From: Antedon mediterranea
Lineage: Eukaryota > Animalia > Echinodermata
Reading direction: 5' to 3'
DNA: 64,000 nt
Assembly (NCBI RefSeq): GCF_964355755.1
Contig: NC_092678.1
Location: forward strand, 8,076,422 to 8,140,421
Position 1 is the stretch's first letter. Each line of letters opens with the position of its first letter. A program made the translations under genes and the position numbers. The notes under the pieces were generated by a model. That model saw only the letters and a program-made list of their open reading frames with translations. It searched no databases and was not told the origin of the DNA. Positions 25,201 through 36,541 of this stretch are shown piece by piece.

Positions 25201-25775
25201 CATAACTGCTATCCTGTTCCACAAACCAAGTCACATGCTTCTTCAACCCTTGCTTTAATTATTCTCATGAATTATTCATAAGGAACTATAATTTAAGGCT
25301 TTCAATTGGTTAAAAAAGTTTAACCCTATTAAAATTTTAAATTCACATCATTTCCGGGTGATGTTGTCGCGCTTCGATGAATCTCAGAAATCACAAATGA
25401 CCGCTAGAGGGCTCACTACTTTTTGTCTAGTCTAAATGAATGTGAACTGTGAAAATGAAATGTTCAGGTCATATACATTTCGCATGAAAATGCCCAATTG
25501 GCAAACACTACAGTATGTACATGGCATATATTATACTCAGGATTGTCAGAAACAAATGTAAAGACCATTTTATTTGTAAAAATAATGTATTTTAAAACAT
25601 GAAACCAGGTCATTCCTTGTTTTAAAAGAGAATGCACCCTTGAATTTCTCGGAGAGCACAAGGAGGATTTTTCAGGACTTTTAGTATGATGTTCCAATCA
25701 TAGTTCTGGACCTTTCCTGAAAAAAATAGCTTGTTACCAGAAATGTCCGGGTCAAACCCTAATGCTCTTGGACTA
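22232..25775. mobile_element. Non-autonomous Academ-type DNA transposon inserted in the LTR
   Basis: About 140-bp near-identical TIRs starting TAGTCCAAGAGCATTAG and ending CTAATGCTCTTGGACTA; 3-bp TSD TCA (22229-22231, 25776-25778); non-coding interior. Confidence 0.8.
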
Positions 25776-26157
25776 TCACCCTTCATAATCGAAGTAAATC
25801 AATGAAATATCCACAAGACAAAGTATAAAAATTACAGGTACAGTACAACAATATGAGAAGGAGGCTCATGCATCCGTTCAGGTCCAGTGCTCTGAATCGA
25901 CACTCACACATGGCCCGGGACATCCCTTATAAATGAACCATAATTAACTGTAGAGGGCGCATTTTCATCACATTACCCCCACCTTAGAGAGATTCGTCCC
26001 TTGAATCTTGTGAAGTCGAATCCAAAGGAACAAAGTTAAACAAACTAAAATAAAAATACAAATATAACGAAATGTAGCTAGATATAATGTCTTTAAAGAA
26101 CTAAAATCGATAAGTCCGCTTGATTGTCTCCACCTTCGTTATCCGACCATCTTCCAT

Positions 26158-26531
26158 CTAATGCTTAATCGCCACTTCCTTGACTACTTCTCTCACTCTG
26201 CTCATCAGCCCTGGATGCAAGGCGGACCCTTGATCAGAAGACTCTGTGTCAATTGGCTCTGTCAATTGCTTCCTCTGCTCCAAGCTAAGGTATGACGGCT
26301 TTCCACCACTAAGCCTCCTCACTTTCACTTTAGGCTGCGGGGGGTCACTCAGGACCGAGTCTACTAGAGACTGTGACCCCGGAGAGAGCGTCAATACATC
26401 CGCATCACCCGGCAGGGACTGAGGTTCAGGCTCCCGTCTCTTAAAACTATGGGTTCTTTTCAAGTGACTGTGCAGCTTCTCAGCCGTCTTGAATATCCCC
26501 TTACAGACTTCGCACTGATGTCCTTTCTTTT
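26158..26531 (-). pseudogene. 3' part of an extra ORF with a C2H2 zinc finger in the outer Gypsy
   Basis: HQCEVCKGIFKTAEKLHSHLKRTH followed by about 95 open codons and a stop 185 bp before the LTR. The N-terminus in the ORF track is LTR sequence of the inner element. Confidence 0.65.
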
Positions 26532-26602
26532 CAGCAGTGTACGTCGCGTGGAAATATATACGCCTGAGAAAGCTCGGAACCAACTAAAATATATTCACTA
26601 CA

Positions 26603-26615
26603 TGGTGGCAGCGGT
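26603..26615 (+). promoter_or_regulatory. Primer binding site, complementary to the tRNA-Leu 3' end
   Basis: TGGTGGCAGCGGT directly after the LTR CA end; reverse complement of ...ACCGCTGCCACCA. Confidence 0.8.
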
Positions 26616-27149
26616 GAAAATTTTTGTTTACATGATTTAAGTATCAAGAAGAAGAAGAAGAAGAAGAAGTGACAGTGCCTACTCTACGGGCCTGTTAAAT
26701 CAGTAACCAAAAAGTTAAATGGTTACGAAGATCTGGATTCCTGACAGTTTTTATACCGTGCGTTGTTTGGATATTACAACGAAGAAGAAGTACTGTTGAG
26801 CTCAAGACTGCTGGATATTCATCGGAGATACTGTAGGCCTATATATTCACCGAGGTCTGAAAGAAGAAGACTGAAGTAACAGAAGGAAGCCCAGTAAATT
26901 TGGAGAAGACTTGCAAAGCTGATTTTGTAAACTATTTTTATTTCGAAAGTAAATTTTTGTACGGAGCGAACTTGGAACGTTGTTTGTGACTTTGAAGTAA
27001 ATTAATGTCTTATATTGTATTGCATTTAAAAATTTATGTGGATTTCATATTTTTTACATATCTGAATGGAATCAAGGTAATACAAATACTTTTATAACAT
27101 ATTTTGTATACATAAGTTTACATATTTCATTAGTAAAATTGTTATTAGC

Positions 27150-28340
27150 ATGACAACTTTAAGATCGGGTAAAAATATAGATAAGACTATGTCAGAAAAA
27201 GATACTAGGGAAGATATGGTTGACCAAGAAAAGGTTGACCAAGTCAATGAAATGTATGATAACATGGCTAGGGATATTGATTTGCCCGAAATACCCGGCG
27301 GTATGCCTAAAGATATGATGCTCGAATATTTTCGAATGAAGTTCGAGGCCGAGGCCGAAAACAAAAAGTTAGAATTACAATACCAACAAGACCAATTAAG
27401 ATTAGAAGCAGATATAGAGCAAAGAAAAATTGAATCACAAGAAAGAGTGAAAATGATGGAATTAGAAAATAGGTCTAGCTACAGTAATGCTAGGAATATA
27501 GTAGATGAAATGAAGGTAAAGGTTCCTACTTTGAAGGAATCAGATGATATTGATATATATTTTAGAACATTTGAACACTTGGCAGAAGCCACAGGTTGGG
27601 ATAAAAATACGTGGTCCGCTAGGTTAGCACCTGAACTGTCTGGTAAAGCTAGGACAGCATATGCATCCTTAACCGTAAAAGAATGTGTAGATTATGATAC
27701 CTTAAAGAAGGCAATCTTAGAAAAGTATGATGTGTCCGCAGAGACCTACAGATTTAAATTTAGAAATTCGAACAGAGTTAAAGATATGTCCATCAGGGAA
27801 TGGCTGAATGAGCTCTCCCATTATTTAAAATGTTGGATGAAATGTGCTAATGTAAAAGAAGATGATGCTGCAGGCATTATTGAAATGATTATAATGGAAC
27901 AGGCACTTGATAAAATGCCTGAAGATCTGAGGCTTTATCTTAGAGATAAACAAGTAAATAAGAGCTATGATATGGCTATGATAGCCGATGATTATATAGC
28001 TAATAGAGGTGGCCGTGGCTATTGGAATGCCGTAAATTCAGAAAATAAGCCTACGTATTATAAGGGCCAAGAAAATAGTAAACCTAAGAATAGTACGACT
28101 CAGAATAACCCTGGAGCTAGGCAGCAAGGATACAATAGGTATCGCGGAAGGGGAGGCAAATTCCATAACTATGGTAGAAATTTCCAACGGAGAGAACCTT
28201 CAAATGAATGGATTAATGGCCTATGCTTTAATTGTAAGGAGAAGGGACATAAAATAGGGGATTGTCCTAAGATGGTAGCAAAAGGAAAGACTAGTGACAC
28301 TAAGAAGGGGCCCGAATGTGAAAGATGGCTTAAGATGTGA
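27150..28340 (+). CDS. Gag (coiled coil, capsid/SCAN-like region, CCHC knuckle)
   Basis: DIDIYFRTFE..A....W...W...LAP.LSGKA capsid motif; CFNCKEKGHKIGDC knuckle. Confidence 0.9.
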   Translation: MTTLRSGKNIDKTMSEKDTREDMVDQEKVDQVNEMYDNMARDIDLPEIPGGMPKDMMLEYFRMKFEAEAENKKLELQYQQDQLRLEADIEQRKIESQERVKMMELENRSSYSNARNIVDEMKVKVPTLKESDDIDIYFRTFEHLAEATGWDKNTWSARLAPELSGKARTAYASLTVKECVDYDTLKKAILEKYDVSAETYRFKFRNSNRVKDMSIREWLNELSHYLKCWMKCANVKEDDAAGIIEMIIMEQALDKMPEDLRLYLRDKQVNKSYDMAMIADDYIANRGGRGYWNAVNSENKPTYYKGQENSKPKNSTTQNNPGARQQGYNRYRGRGGKFHNYGRNFQRREPSNEWINGLCFNCKEKGHKIGDCPKMVAKGKTSDTKKGPECERWLKM

Positions 28341-30429
28341 AGGAATAAAATCAGATAGACCCCAAGTAGTTATGGATAGTGTAGAAAATAAAATGGAGAA
28401 GTGTATAATACCAGGAAAATTAGAAGGACAGGATATAACTATGCTTAGAGACTCGGGATGTACCCAGTCAGCTGTTAAGGACAGTCTAGTGCCTAACAAA
28501 TGTTACTTGCCAGGAAAATGGGTTACGTTAAGAGGTATAGGAGGCGATATTACCGTCCCCTTAGCTGAGGTAGCTTTAGAAAGTAAGATAGTGACAGGAA
28601 AAGTGATTGTAGCCGTAATCGAAGGATTACAAAGGGACATGTTATTGGGTCATGATTTGGACCAGAATTGTGGGGAAACAATGGCTAAAGAAATGTTCGT
28701 CCTAACTAGGGAGCAAGCCAGAATAGAAAATGATGTTAGAATACAAGACGAAATGATATTGTTAGGGAAAGATAGTAACTTTAAGTCGATAGAAGAGCCG
28801 CCTAAAGAAACTAATGTACAATTGTTGAAAACAGTAGTAAATGACAACAAAGTAAATAAAACTAAGTGTTTAGATGATATGAATGGAACAGAAATGAATA
28901 ATTTGTTTGACGAAAATGAGGATAAAGCTAAAGATAAAACAGTCAAACATAAAACTTATGAACAACAGCACAAGCTGAACCTAACTAAACAAGAACTGAT
29001 CAAATTGCAAACTAAGGATGACTCACTCAAAGGAGTGTTTGACAGGGTAGTCCCTATAGAAGAAATAGGTCAGCATAGGGTATGTTTCTTTATGAGACAA
29101 GGTATATTGATGAGAAATTGGAGTAGTATTAAAGATAAGAATAACCAAGTGGAACAGATTGTATTACCCACTCAGTGTAGACAGGGTGTATTACACTTAG
29201 GTCATAATGTGCCATTTGCAGGTCACATGGGTGTTGAGAAAACTAAAAGTAGGGTCCTGAACCAATTCTATTGGCCAGGTATATTTAAAGATGTGGTAGT
29301 CTATTGTAAAGTCTGTAAGGAATGCCAAAAGGTAGATAAGGGTAAAAGTAAAAGGAAACATACTTTGATACCATTACCGATTATAAGTACACCATTTAAA
29401 CGTATAGCGATAGACATTGTTGGACCCTTATCTAGAACAAGCCGTAATAACAAATATATGCTTACTATAATTGACTATGTTACGAGATATCTGGATGCTA
29501 TCCCGTTACCCAATGTTAGAGCTGAAACAGTAGCCAGGGCTCTAATAGAAGTCTTTACTAGAGTAGGATTACCCGAAGAGATTGTACATGATCAAGGAAC
29601 TAATTTCATGTCTTCAATTATGCAATCTATATGTAGTATGTTGGGGATTAATCAAATAAAGACTACAGTGTACCACCCCCAAAGCAATGGGCTTGTTGAA
29701 AGATTTCACGGTACATTGAAAAATATGATAAGGACACTTACAGTTAAGCAAAGAAAAAATTGGGATAACTACATACCCCCCTTTCTGTTTGCATACAGAG
29801 AAGTTCCTAGTAAAGCGACGGGCCATTCACCTTTTAAATTGCTTTATGGTAGAGAGGTGAGGGGACCCTTGAGTTTACTCAAAAGTAATTGGGTAGAAGA
29901 TGAAGAAACATCTACTGATGTTATCAAATACATGTTAGACATAAGAGAAAAAATGGAGGAATTAATGAAAGATGCTAATGTAAACAAACTTGAACAACAA
30001 GAAATTATGTCCCACAATTATAACAAGAATGCTATTGATAGAGAATTTGTAGAAGGGGACAAAGTGTTGATATTCCTTCCAGTAGGAAATAGTAAGTTAG
30101 ACAGTAAATGGCAAGGCCCCTTCACTGTTACAAAAAAGGTCAATGATGTAAATTATGAAATATACATAGGAGGTAGAAGAAAAGAAAAACAAATTCTACA
30201 TGTTAATATGTTAAAGAGATGGTATGATAAAGTAGAAATAAGTAAAGATGGTTATTATGTAGTAACAAATGTTCAGTCGATAGAAGAAGTAGACTTAAAT
30301 GAAACAGTCCATGACAATGAGTTAGATAGTGAAATAGACATAGGATTGTCTTATCATCAATCACAAACATGGAGAGATGTTAACGTTAGTAGTAATTTAA
30401 ATGATACACAAACTAAACAGAATTGTTAA
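28294..30429 (+). CDS. Pol part 1: aspartic protease plus integrase
   Basis: LRDSGC protease motif; H..H..C..C zinc domain; IAIDIVGP, DQGTNF and NGLVERF DDE motifs; WQGPF GPY/F motif. Confidence 0.92.
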   Translation: MTLRRGPNVKDGLRCEGIKSDRPQVVMDSVENKMEKCIIPGKLEGQDITMLRDSGCTQSAVKDSLVPNKCYLPGKWVTLRGIGGDITVPLAEVALESKIVTGKVIVAVIEGLQRDMLLGHDLDQNCGETMAKEMFVLTREQARIENDVRIQDEMILLGKDSNFKSIEEPPKETNVQLLKTVVNDNKVNKTKCLDDMNGTEMNNLFDENEDKAKDKTVKHKTYEQQHKLNLTKQELIKLQTKDDSLKGVFDRVVPIEEIGQHRVCFFMRQGILMRNWSSIKDKNNQVEQIVLPTQCRQGVLHLGHNVPFAGHMGVEKTKSRVLNQFYWPGIFKDVVVYCKVCKECQKVDKGKSKRKHTLIPLPIISTPFKRIAIDIVGPLSRTSRNNKYMLTIIDYVTRYLDAIPLPNVRAETVARALIEVFTRVGLPEEIVHDQGTNFMSSIMQSICSMLGINQIKTTVYHPQSNGLVERFHGTLKNMIRTLTVKQRKNWDNYIPPFLFAYREVPSKATGHSPFKLLYGREVRGPLSLLKSNWVEDEETSTDVIKYMLDIREKMEELMKDANVNKLEQQEIMSHNYNKNAIDREFVEGDKVLIFLPVGNSKLDSKWQGPFTVTKKVNDVNYEIYIGGRRKEKQILHVNMLKRWYDKVEISKDGYYVVTNVQSIEEVDLNETVHDNELDSEIDIGLSYHQSQTWRDVNVSSNLNDTQTKQNC

Positions 30430-31766
30430 AGTACCAACAGAATGTATTCTCGGATGTACCAGGTAGAACTCACTTAGTGACACATGAAATTAAGACTAAT
30501 GGTGAAATGCCTATAAGGCATAGGGCATATAGAACGCCCCAAGCATTAAAGGGTAAATTGAAAGAGGAATTAGATAGTATGTTGGCTATGGGTATAATAG
30601 AACCTACAGTTAGTGCCTATGCTGCACCTATTATTGCCCTGAAGAAAGGCCAGAATCAAATTAGAATGGTGACAGATTTTAGATCACTAAATAAGACTAC
30701 ACAATTTGACCCTTATGTTATGCCTCGCATAGACGAAATGTTGGATGAGGTATCATCCGCAATATACATAACTACGTTAGATCTAACTAAAGGATTTTAC
30801 CAGGTGCCTCTGGATCCTAAGACCAAAGACAAATCAGCATTTATTACACAATTTGGACAGTATTGTTACAATGTACTTCCATTTGGTATGCAAAATAGCT
30901 CTAGTACTTTCCAAAGATTAATGGATAAGGTATTACAAGGTACTGAGGGATATGCTAAGGCATATATAGATGACATATGTACTTATAGTCAAACTTGGAA
31001 AGATCATATTTTTCATTTGAATGATGTATTAGAAAGATTAAGTAGTGCTGGATTGACAGCAAAGCCTTTGAAATGTAAAATTGCCTATGCTCAGGTAGAA
31101 TTTCTGGGGCATAAGATTGGTAATGGAGAAATTAGACCCATGATTGATAAGGTTGAGGCTGTGGAAAAGTTCCCCAGACCTTTGTCTAAGAAACAAGTCC
31201 GATCATTTCTCGGATTAACTGGCTATTACAGAAAATTTGTACAGAACTATGCCGATATTGCTAAGCCATTCATTGATTTAACTTTAAAGAGTAAAAGTAA
31301 TACCGTTAAGTGGAATGAACAATGTGAAAATGCCTTTGTAACTTTAAAGAAACGACTTACTGATGATAATGTATTAAAAGCCCCAAATGTTGATAAGATG
31401 TTTATATTGCAAACCGATGCCTCAAATTATGGCATAGGTGCAGTGCTGAGCCAAATAGATGGTGAGGGTAATGATTATCCCATTGTGTACTTAAGTAGAA
31501 AGTTATCTGTACATGAGCAGAGATATTCTGTGCCAGAAAAAGAGTGCCTCTCTATTGTTTGGGCTATCAATAAACTTAAGTATTATCTGTATGGTTGTGA
31601 ATTTCAAGTTCATACTGACCACCAGGCATTGAGATGGATGGACTCAATAAAGGGTGCCAATGTTAGACTTATGAGATGGGCTCTGTTTTTACAAGGATAT
31701 AAATTTAAAGTTATTTACAAGAAAGGATCATTAAATGGAAATGCAGATGGATTAAGCCGTGCATAA
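30423..31766 (+). CDS. Pol part 2: reverse transcriptase plus RNase H (frameshifted relative to part 1)
   Basis: LDLTKGFYQV, LPFGM and YIDD RT motifs; LQTDAS, EKECL, TDH and NADGLSR RNase H motifs. Confidence 0.93.
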   Translation: MLKYQQNVFSDVPGRTHLVTHEIKTNGEMPIRHRAYRTPQALKGKLKEELDSMLAMGIIEPTVSAYAAPIIALKKGQNQIRMVTDFRSLNKTTQFDPYVMPRIDEMLDEVSSAIYITTLDLTKGFYQVPLDPKTKDKSAFITQFGQYCYNVLPFGMQNSSSTFQRLMDKVLQGTEGYAKAYIDDICTYSQTWKDHIFHLNDVLERLSSAGLTAKPLKCKIAYAQVEFLGHKIGNGEIRPMIDKVEAVEKFPRPLSKKQVRSFLGLTGYYRKFVQNYADIAKPFIDLTLKSKSNTVKWNEQCENAFVTLKKRLTDDNVLKAPNVDKMFILQTDASNYGIGAVLSQIDGEGNDYPIVYLSRKLSVHEQRYSVPEKECLSIVWAINKLKYYLYGCEFQVHTDHQALRWMDSIKGANVRLMRWALFLQGYKFKVIYKKGSLNGNADGLSRA

Positions 31767-32276
31767 TAATATTATAGAGGTGTTATTTGTAGATACTGTA
31801 GTTTATAGTAAAATGGTTTTAAATGTTAAATTTTTGGAAAGATTGACACAATCTTTTTCCCAAAAAGGGGAATGTCATATTATTTATGTTGTGATTCTCT
31901 GTGTTTAGAGAAGGATGCTTTAGACCAGGTCCGCCTTATATTATTAGCCAATCAAAATCGTATAATTTTTGGAGGGAAAATGTTATCCTCCTCTGAAGCC
32001 TAAAATTTGCATATCCAGTATAAAAGTGGAATGTAATAGATATTAGAAGGAAGAGAGAATAAGATCAAAGTAGATAAACGGAAAGATGATAAAGAAAATA
32101 TTAAGGCTTGACTGGTAGTGGTAGAAAGATGTATTAATCGAGTTACAAGGAATAAAAGTTCTAGTTGAGTTAAATATACTTTTTGTATGAGTTATCATTC
32201 AGTGACAGCAGTGTACGTCGCGTGGAAATATATACGCCTGAGAAAGCTCAGAACCAACTAAAATATATTCACTACA

Positions 32277-35200
32277 CCTCTCTAGCTCGTATCTTAGCTT
32301 GATAAAGTCTATCTCGGGTACGAGTGGCAAGGTCACCGGGCTCCATGCCCGAGGGAACTGGTTCAATCTCCAAGTCAATAGGAGTGCACACTTTTCTTCC
32401 TAGCATGAGCATATTCGGAGACTCGCCAGTGGACTCCTGAGTCGATCGGTATGCAAATGTCACATAGGGAAGCCACTCGTCCCAGTCTCTCTGTTTATGT
32501 ATTGGGTCGATCATCATTGCCAACATATTTACTATAGTTCTGTTGAATCGTTCCACCATGCCGTCAGACTTTGGATTGTATGGCGTTGTTCTAGTTTTGG
32601 TTATTCCTAGCATTCGGCAAGTCTCTGCTAATACTCTTGATTCAAAATTTCGGCCCTGATCCGTGTGCAGTTGTTTGGGTATCCCGTACCGCAGTACAAA
32701 CTCCTCTACGAAGCATTTTGAGACTGTTTCGGCTGTTTGGTCTGGGATGGCATATGCTTCCATCCACTTCGTTAGGTAATCACCGACGACTAACACATAC
32801 TTATTACCCTTATAAGTCTCGGGCAGCGGTCCAAGGATATCCATAGCGACCCTTTCTATTGGTTGGGAAACAGGCCAATGTTGAAGCGGCGCCCGGCGTC
32901 GTTTAGGTGGTGCTTTCCGTCTTGCACAGAGATCACTGCATCGCACATACGTTCTTACAGCCGAATTCATTTGAGGCCAATAATATCTTCGTTTCACACG
33001 GGCTAGTGTCTTTTTTACACCTAAGTGACCGCTCGTCACCCCACCATGTAATTGCTGTAGAACTCGATCTCTAAGTTCGTGAGGAATGACTAATTTCCAC
33101 GTGTTTTCGTTCCCATCATCAGACTCCCATCGTCGGGTCAGTGTTCCATTTACTACTTCCAGCATGTCCCATAAAATCCAATATGCTCGTTCCTCGGGAG
33201 CGACTTCTTCCCAAGTCGGACGGGGTCTCCGGCCTCTTTCGCTTCCAAGACCCATCTAATCGACGGATCCGCTAGCTGCTTAGGTCTCAATTCATCTAAG
33301 GAAAGCTCGGGTTCAACTCGAGTCAGACGAATTTGCTTCTGGGATCCAGGACTATTCGTCCCTCCGTCGTTCTCCATCCGACCACACTGCTTACAAATCT
33401 TTCGGGAAAGTTCGTCTGCGTTTCCATGACGAATCCCCTGGCGGTGCTGCACTGTAATATTGTATTCAGCTATTGCTTCAAACCATCTGGCAAGCTGACC
33501 TTCTGGATTTCGAAAATGTATTAGCCACTTTAGGGAAGAGTGGTCAGTTCGTACGAGTATTGGTCGGCCATACAGGTACTGACGAAAATGGCGTAAGTAA
33601 ACAACTACGGCTAGCAACTCTCGTCTGGTCACACAGTAATTTTTCTCCGCTTTACCCAAGGTTCGACTGGCATAAGCAATAACTCGTTCTTCTCCTTGTT
33701 GTATCTGTGACAGCACACCACCGATACCTACATCGCTGGCGTCGGTATCCAGGATAAACGCTCCTTCTGGAGTAGGATAGGCTAGAATAGGCGATCTCTG
33801 CAAACGCAGTTTCAGCTCTGCAAAGCAAATGCTCTTTCTTGGCTTTCTCCCCAGTCGAAAACTCTGCATTTCTCTGTCAACTGGTACAACGGCTTTGCCA
33901 AACTGGAAAACCCCTCTATAAACCTTCTATAGTAGTAGTCTGAATACCATCACGGGAGACGATATGACCCAGGTATAACACCTCTGGGCGAAACAGAGAA
34001 CATTTTGGCGGCTTCAATTTTAGTCCTGCACTTCCCAGTGGACTCAGTACTGCATCTAGGCGGTATATTGCCTCCGGCACGTTCTTGGCGTGAACGATAA
34101 TGTCGTCTAGATACACCAGAAGAGTCTCCCATTGGAGACCTGCTAACACCCGTTTCATAAGGCGCTCGAATGTCGAGGGTGCAGCATTGCACAATCCAAA
34201 CGGCATTACTTTCCACGAGTAATGGCCTCCCCTGACCACGAACGCAGACTTCTGCTGTGCTTCCGGGTCTAATTCCACCTGCCAGTAGCCTGATGCTAAA
34301 TCGAGGGTAGAGAAACAAGTAGCCCCGTCTAATGCATCCAATGAGTCGTCGATGCGAGGTATGGGATAAGCATCCTTAATCGTGGCTTCGTTCAGTTTCC
34401 TGTAGTCTACGCAAAACCGTTTGGTTCCATCTTTCTTAGCTACGAGCACTATCTTCGCTGCCCAGGGGCTATTGGTTGACTCAATCACCCCCCATTCTAA
34501 CAGTCTTTCAACTTCTTGTTGAATATCCACCTGGTATTGAATAGGGTGCCGCCGTGGTACCTCCCGATAATAGGAGCAGCATTTCCAGTTTCGATTCTGT
34601 GTTTTGTCAACCCAGTTCGCCCTATATCTTGGTCCCCTTTACTAAAAACGTCTGCATGTTTATTCAGTACCTGGGCAATCTGTTCACCGTGCTCTTGTCC
34701 CGCACTCTCTACACTACTTTTATACAGATCAGATAAATGGTCAGGAATGTGTACCGTTTTCTGCAAGTAGACTGTCGGTCGAGGTGCCTCTTCTCGTACT
34801 ACCTCAACTGGGGATAGAACCCCCACCTTAGTACCTGCCAACAAATTATGAACTACTTTATCTGGGTTGTACACCCGCAAAGGGATCTGGTTCGCTCCGT
34901 CTGTAACCAATACTCTGGCCATTACGAGACCTCCGGCAGCCATCTCATTTGTGTCCAGCGGCTCCACCAGGCACTGGCCTCTGCTTCCAGCGGATTGTGC
35001 CACGTATCCCATGACAATTTGTTCATGGCCTGGTTCAATTGTTGTGGCCTGGCTCACTCGTACGATTGGCGTGAAATAGTCTCCTTCTGGATTGGAACAC
35101 CGTACTCGTTCATCCCCTATTATAAACGCTAATTCTCGTGTATCGATCACTGCATTGGTTTTAAGTAGAAAATCCATTCCCAATATGCCGGATATCTGGA

Positions 35201-35438
35201 TGTCCGCTACCAACACGTTCAATTCGCATGTTCTCTTACCAACCTTTAGCTCCAAACAAGCCTGGCCTATCGCTTTCAACGCTCCTCCGTCTATCTGGCG
35301 TATGCCGACAGAGTGTGGCTTAAGTTTTGGCTTCTGTTTTAACGGCAATTGCCGGAACACGGAAGCAGAAAGCAGCGTATCTGTAGCTCCAGTATCAATC
35401 AACAAAGGAATCTCCAAGCTATTGATTGTAGTTTTCAC
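32277..35438 (-). pseudogene. Frameshifted pol of the outer Gypsy (PR-RT-RH-IN)
   Basis: LIDTGA (34497-35438), LDLASGYWQ/MPFGL/YLDD (33916-34530), LDTDAS/RELLA/TDH (33153-33869), MDILGP/DQGRNF/GMVERF (32277-33255); several frameshifts. Confidence 0.92.
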
Positions 35439-36541
35439 ATATAGTCAATCCTTCGGGTCGAAATAACTCGTACTCTGGCGTACCTGTTCCCGTTCCGCTT
35501 GTTCCCCCTTATTCGTACTTCGATGCCCTTTCTGTACATCAACTTTCCCGCGGGCTACCGGGTCAGTTGCTGCTCGTTTCCCTGAAACGGATTATAACGA
35601 TCGGGTCGCGATTTTTTTTTCCGTACGAGAGTTCCTCCATCGGTTTGTTTCGGACTCATTCGGCTCTCGGTATAAGCTCTCGGTCTGAGCTACGATACGC
35701 GATGGCCCCCCCCCCCCCCCCCCATCAAAATTTTTAAACAAACTCAATGATGCGTGACGGCATTTAATTCACTGCTGCTCCATGCTCCTACACGCGCCAA
35801 ATACGAACTTCAATGTAGAACTGTATTACAATATATAATAATATTTAGTAGTCAATACCTGAATTGAAGGCTGTTTTTTTATAATTAAGGTAAGAATATC
35901 AATGTACAGTAATATGACTAGCGTAGCAGATATTGTAGGCCTAGTAGTATTAATATAGGCCCAACTGAATATCAATTATTATTAAGTTTACAATCTAATG
36001 AAATTTGCAAAAAATAACATGTGCTATACTCATAGCTACTGTATATGTCACACCATGAGGCAATTTTATTAGTATATTTTAACACCTGTACTTATTCTAT
36101 CTATAGCTACAGTTTGGTGTAGGGTCGATATTGGAGGTCTTCTACTACTCTATACTTGGCAAGACCTAAGTAATTTTATAATCTTTAAAATTAAGTTAAA
36201 TAATGAAAAAAAATTGTTAGCAGTATACCTGGACTAGGATTAAATATATAATATTGTATGAAAATGAGTGTAGTTTAGCATTTATAATAAGTCAACATAA
36301 AACTTTATTCATTTTTCATTGTGGGAAACAATTTTCGATATACAAACATAGGCCTATATACATATATGAAAAATAATAATAATAATAATATAGTACTAAT
36401 AATGTAGTATATATAAGTATTTTGTATTTAAAACAGTTCAAATTTATTAAATTATTATAAATAATTGTTGAACCCGAACCCAGCCAGAAAGCTCTAAATT
36501 AAAGTTTTCTTCACACATTTCAGAATTTCGGTGGAAAAAAT

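Larger units (their letters stand above)
26532..32276 (+). mobile_element. Gmr1-type Gypsy LTR retrotransposon (integrase upstream of RT)
   Basis: 3' LTR 31873-32276 (TG..CA) after the PPT AAAAAGGGGAA; only the last 71 bp of the 5' LTR remain (26532-26602, 1 mismatch to the 3' LTR); gag followed by PR-IN-RT-RH. Confidence 0.93.
22085..35700 (-). mobile_element. Decayed Ty3/Gypsy LTR retrotransposon (outer element), 5' truncated
   Basis: 3' LTR 22085-25972 (TG...CA, about 341 bp once the insert is removed), polypurine tract AAGGTGGGGGTAA adjacent on the minus strand, PR-RT-RH-IN order. Most of gag and the 5' LTR are missing. Confidence 0.9.

Noticed and set aside
28221-35466. Short ORFs antisense to or overlapping the gag/pol genes
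   Set aside because: Shadow frames of real retroelement coding sequence with no motifs.
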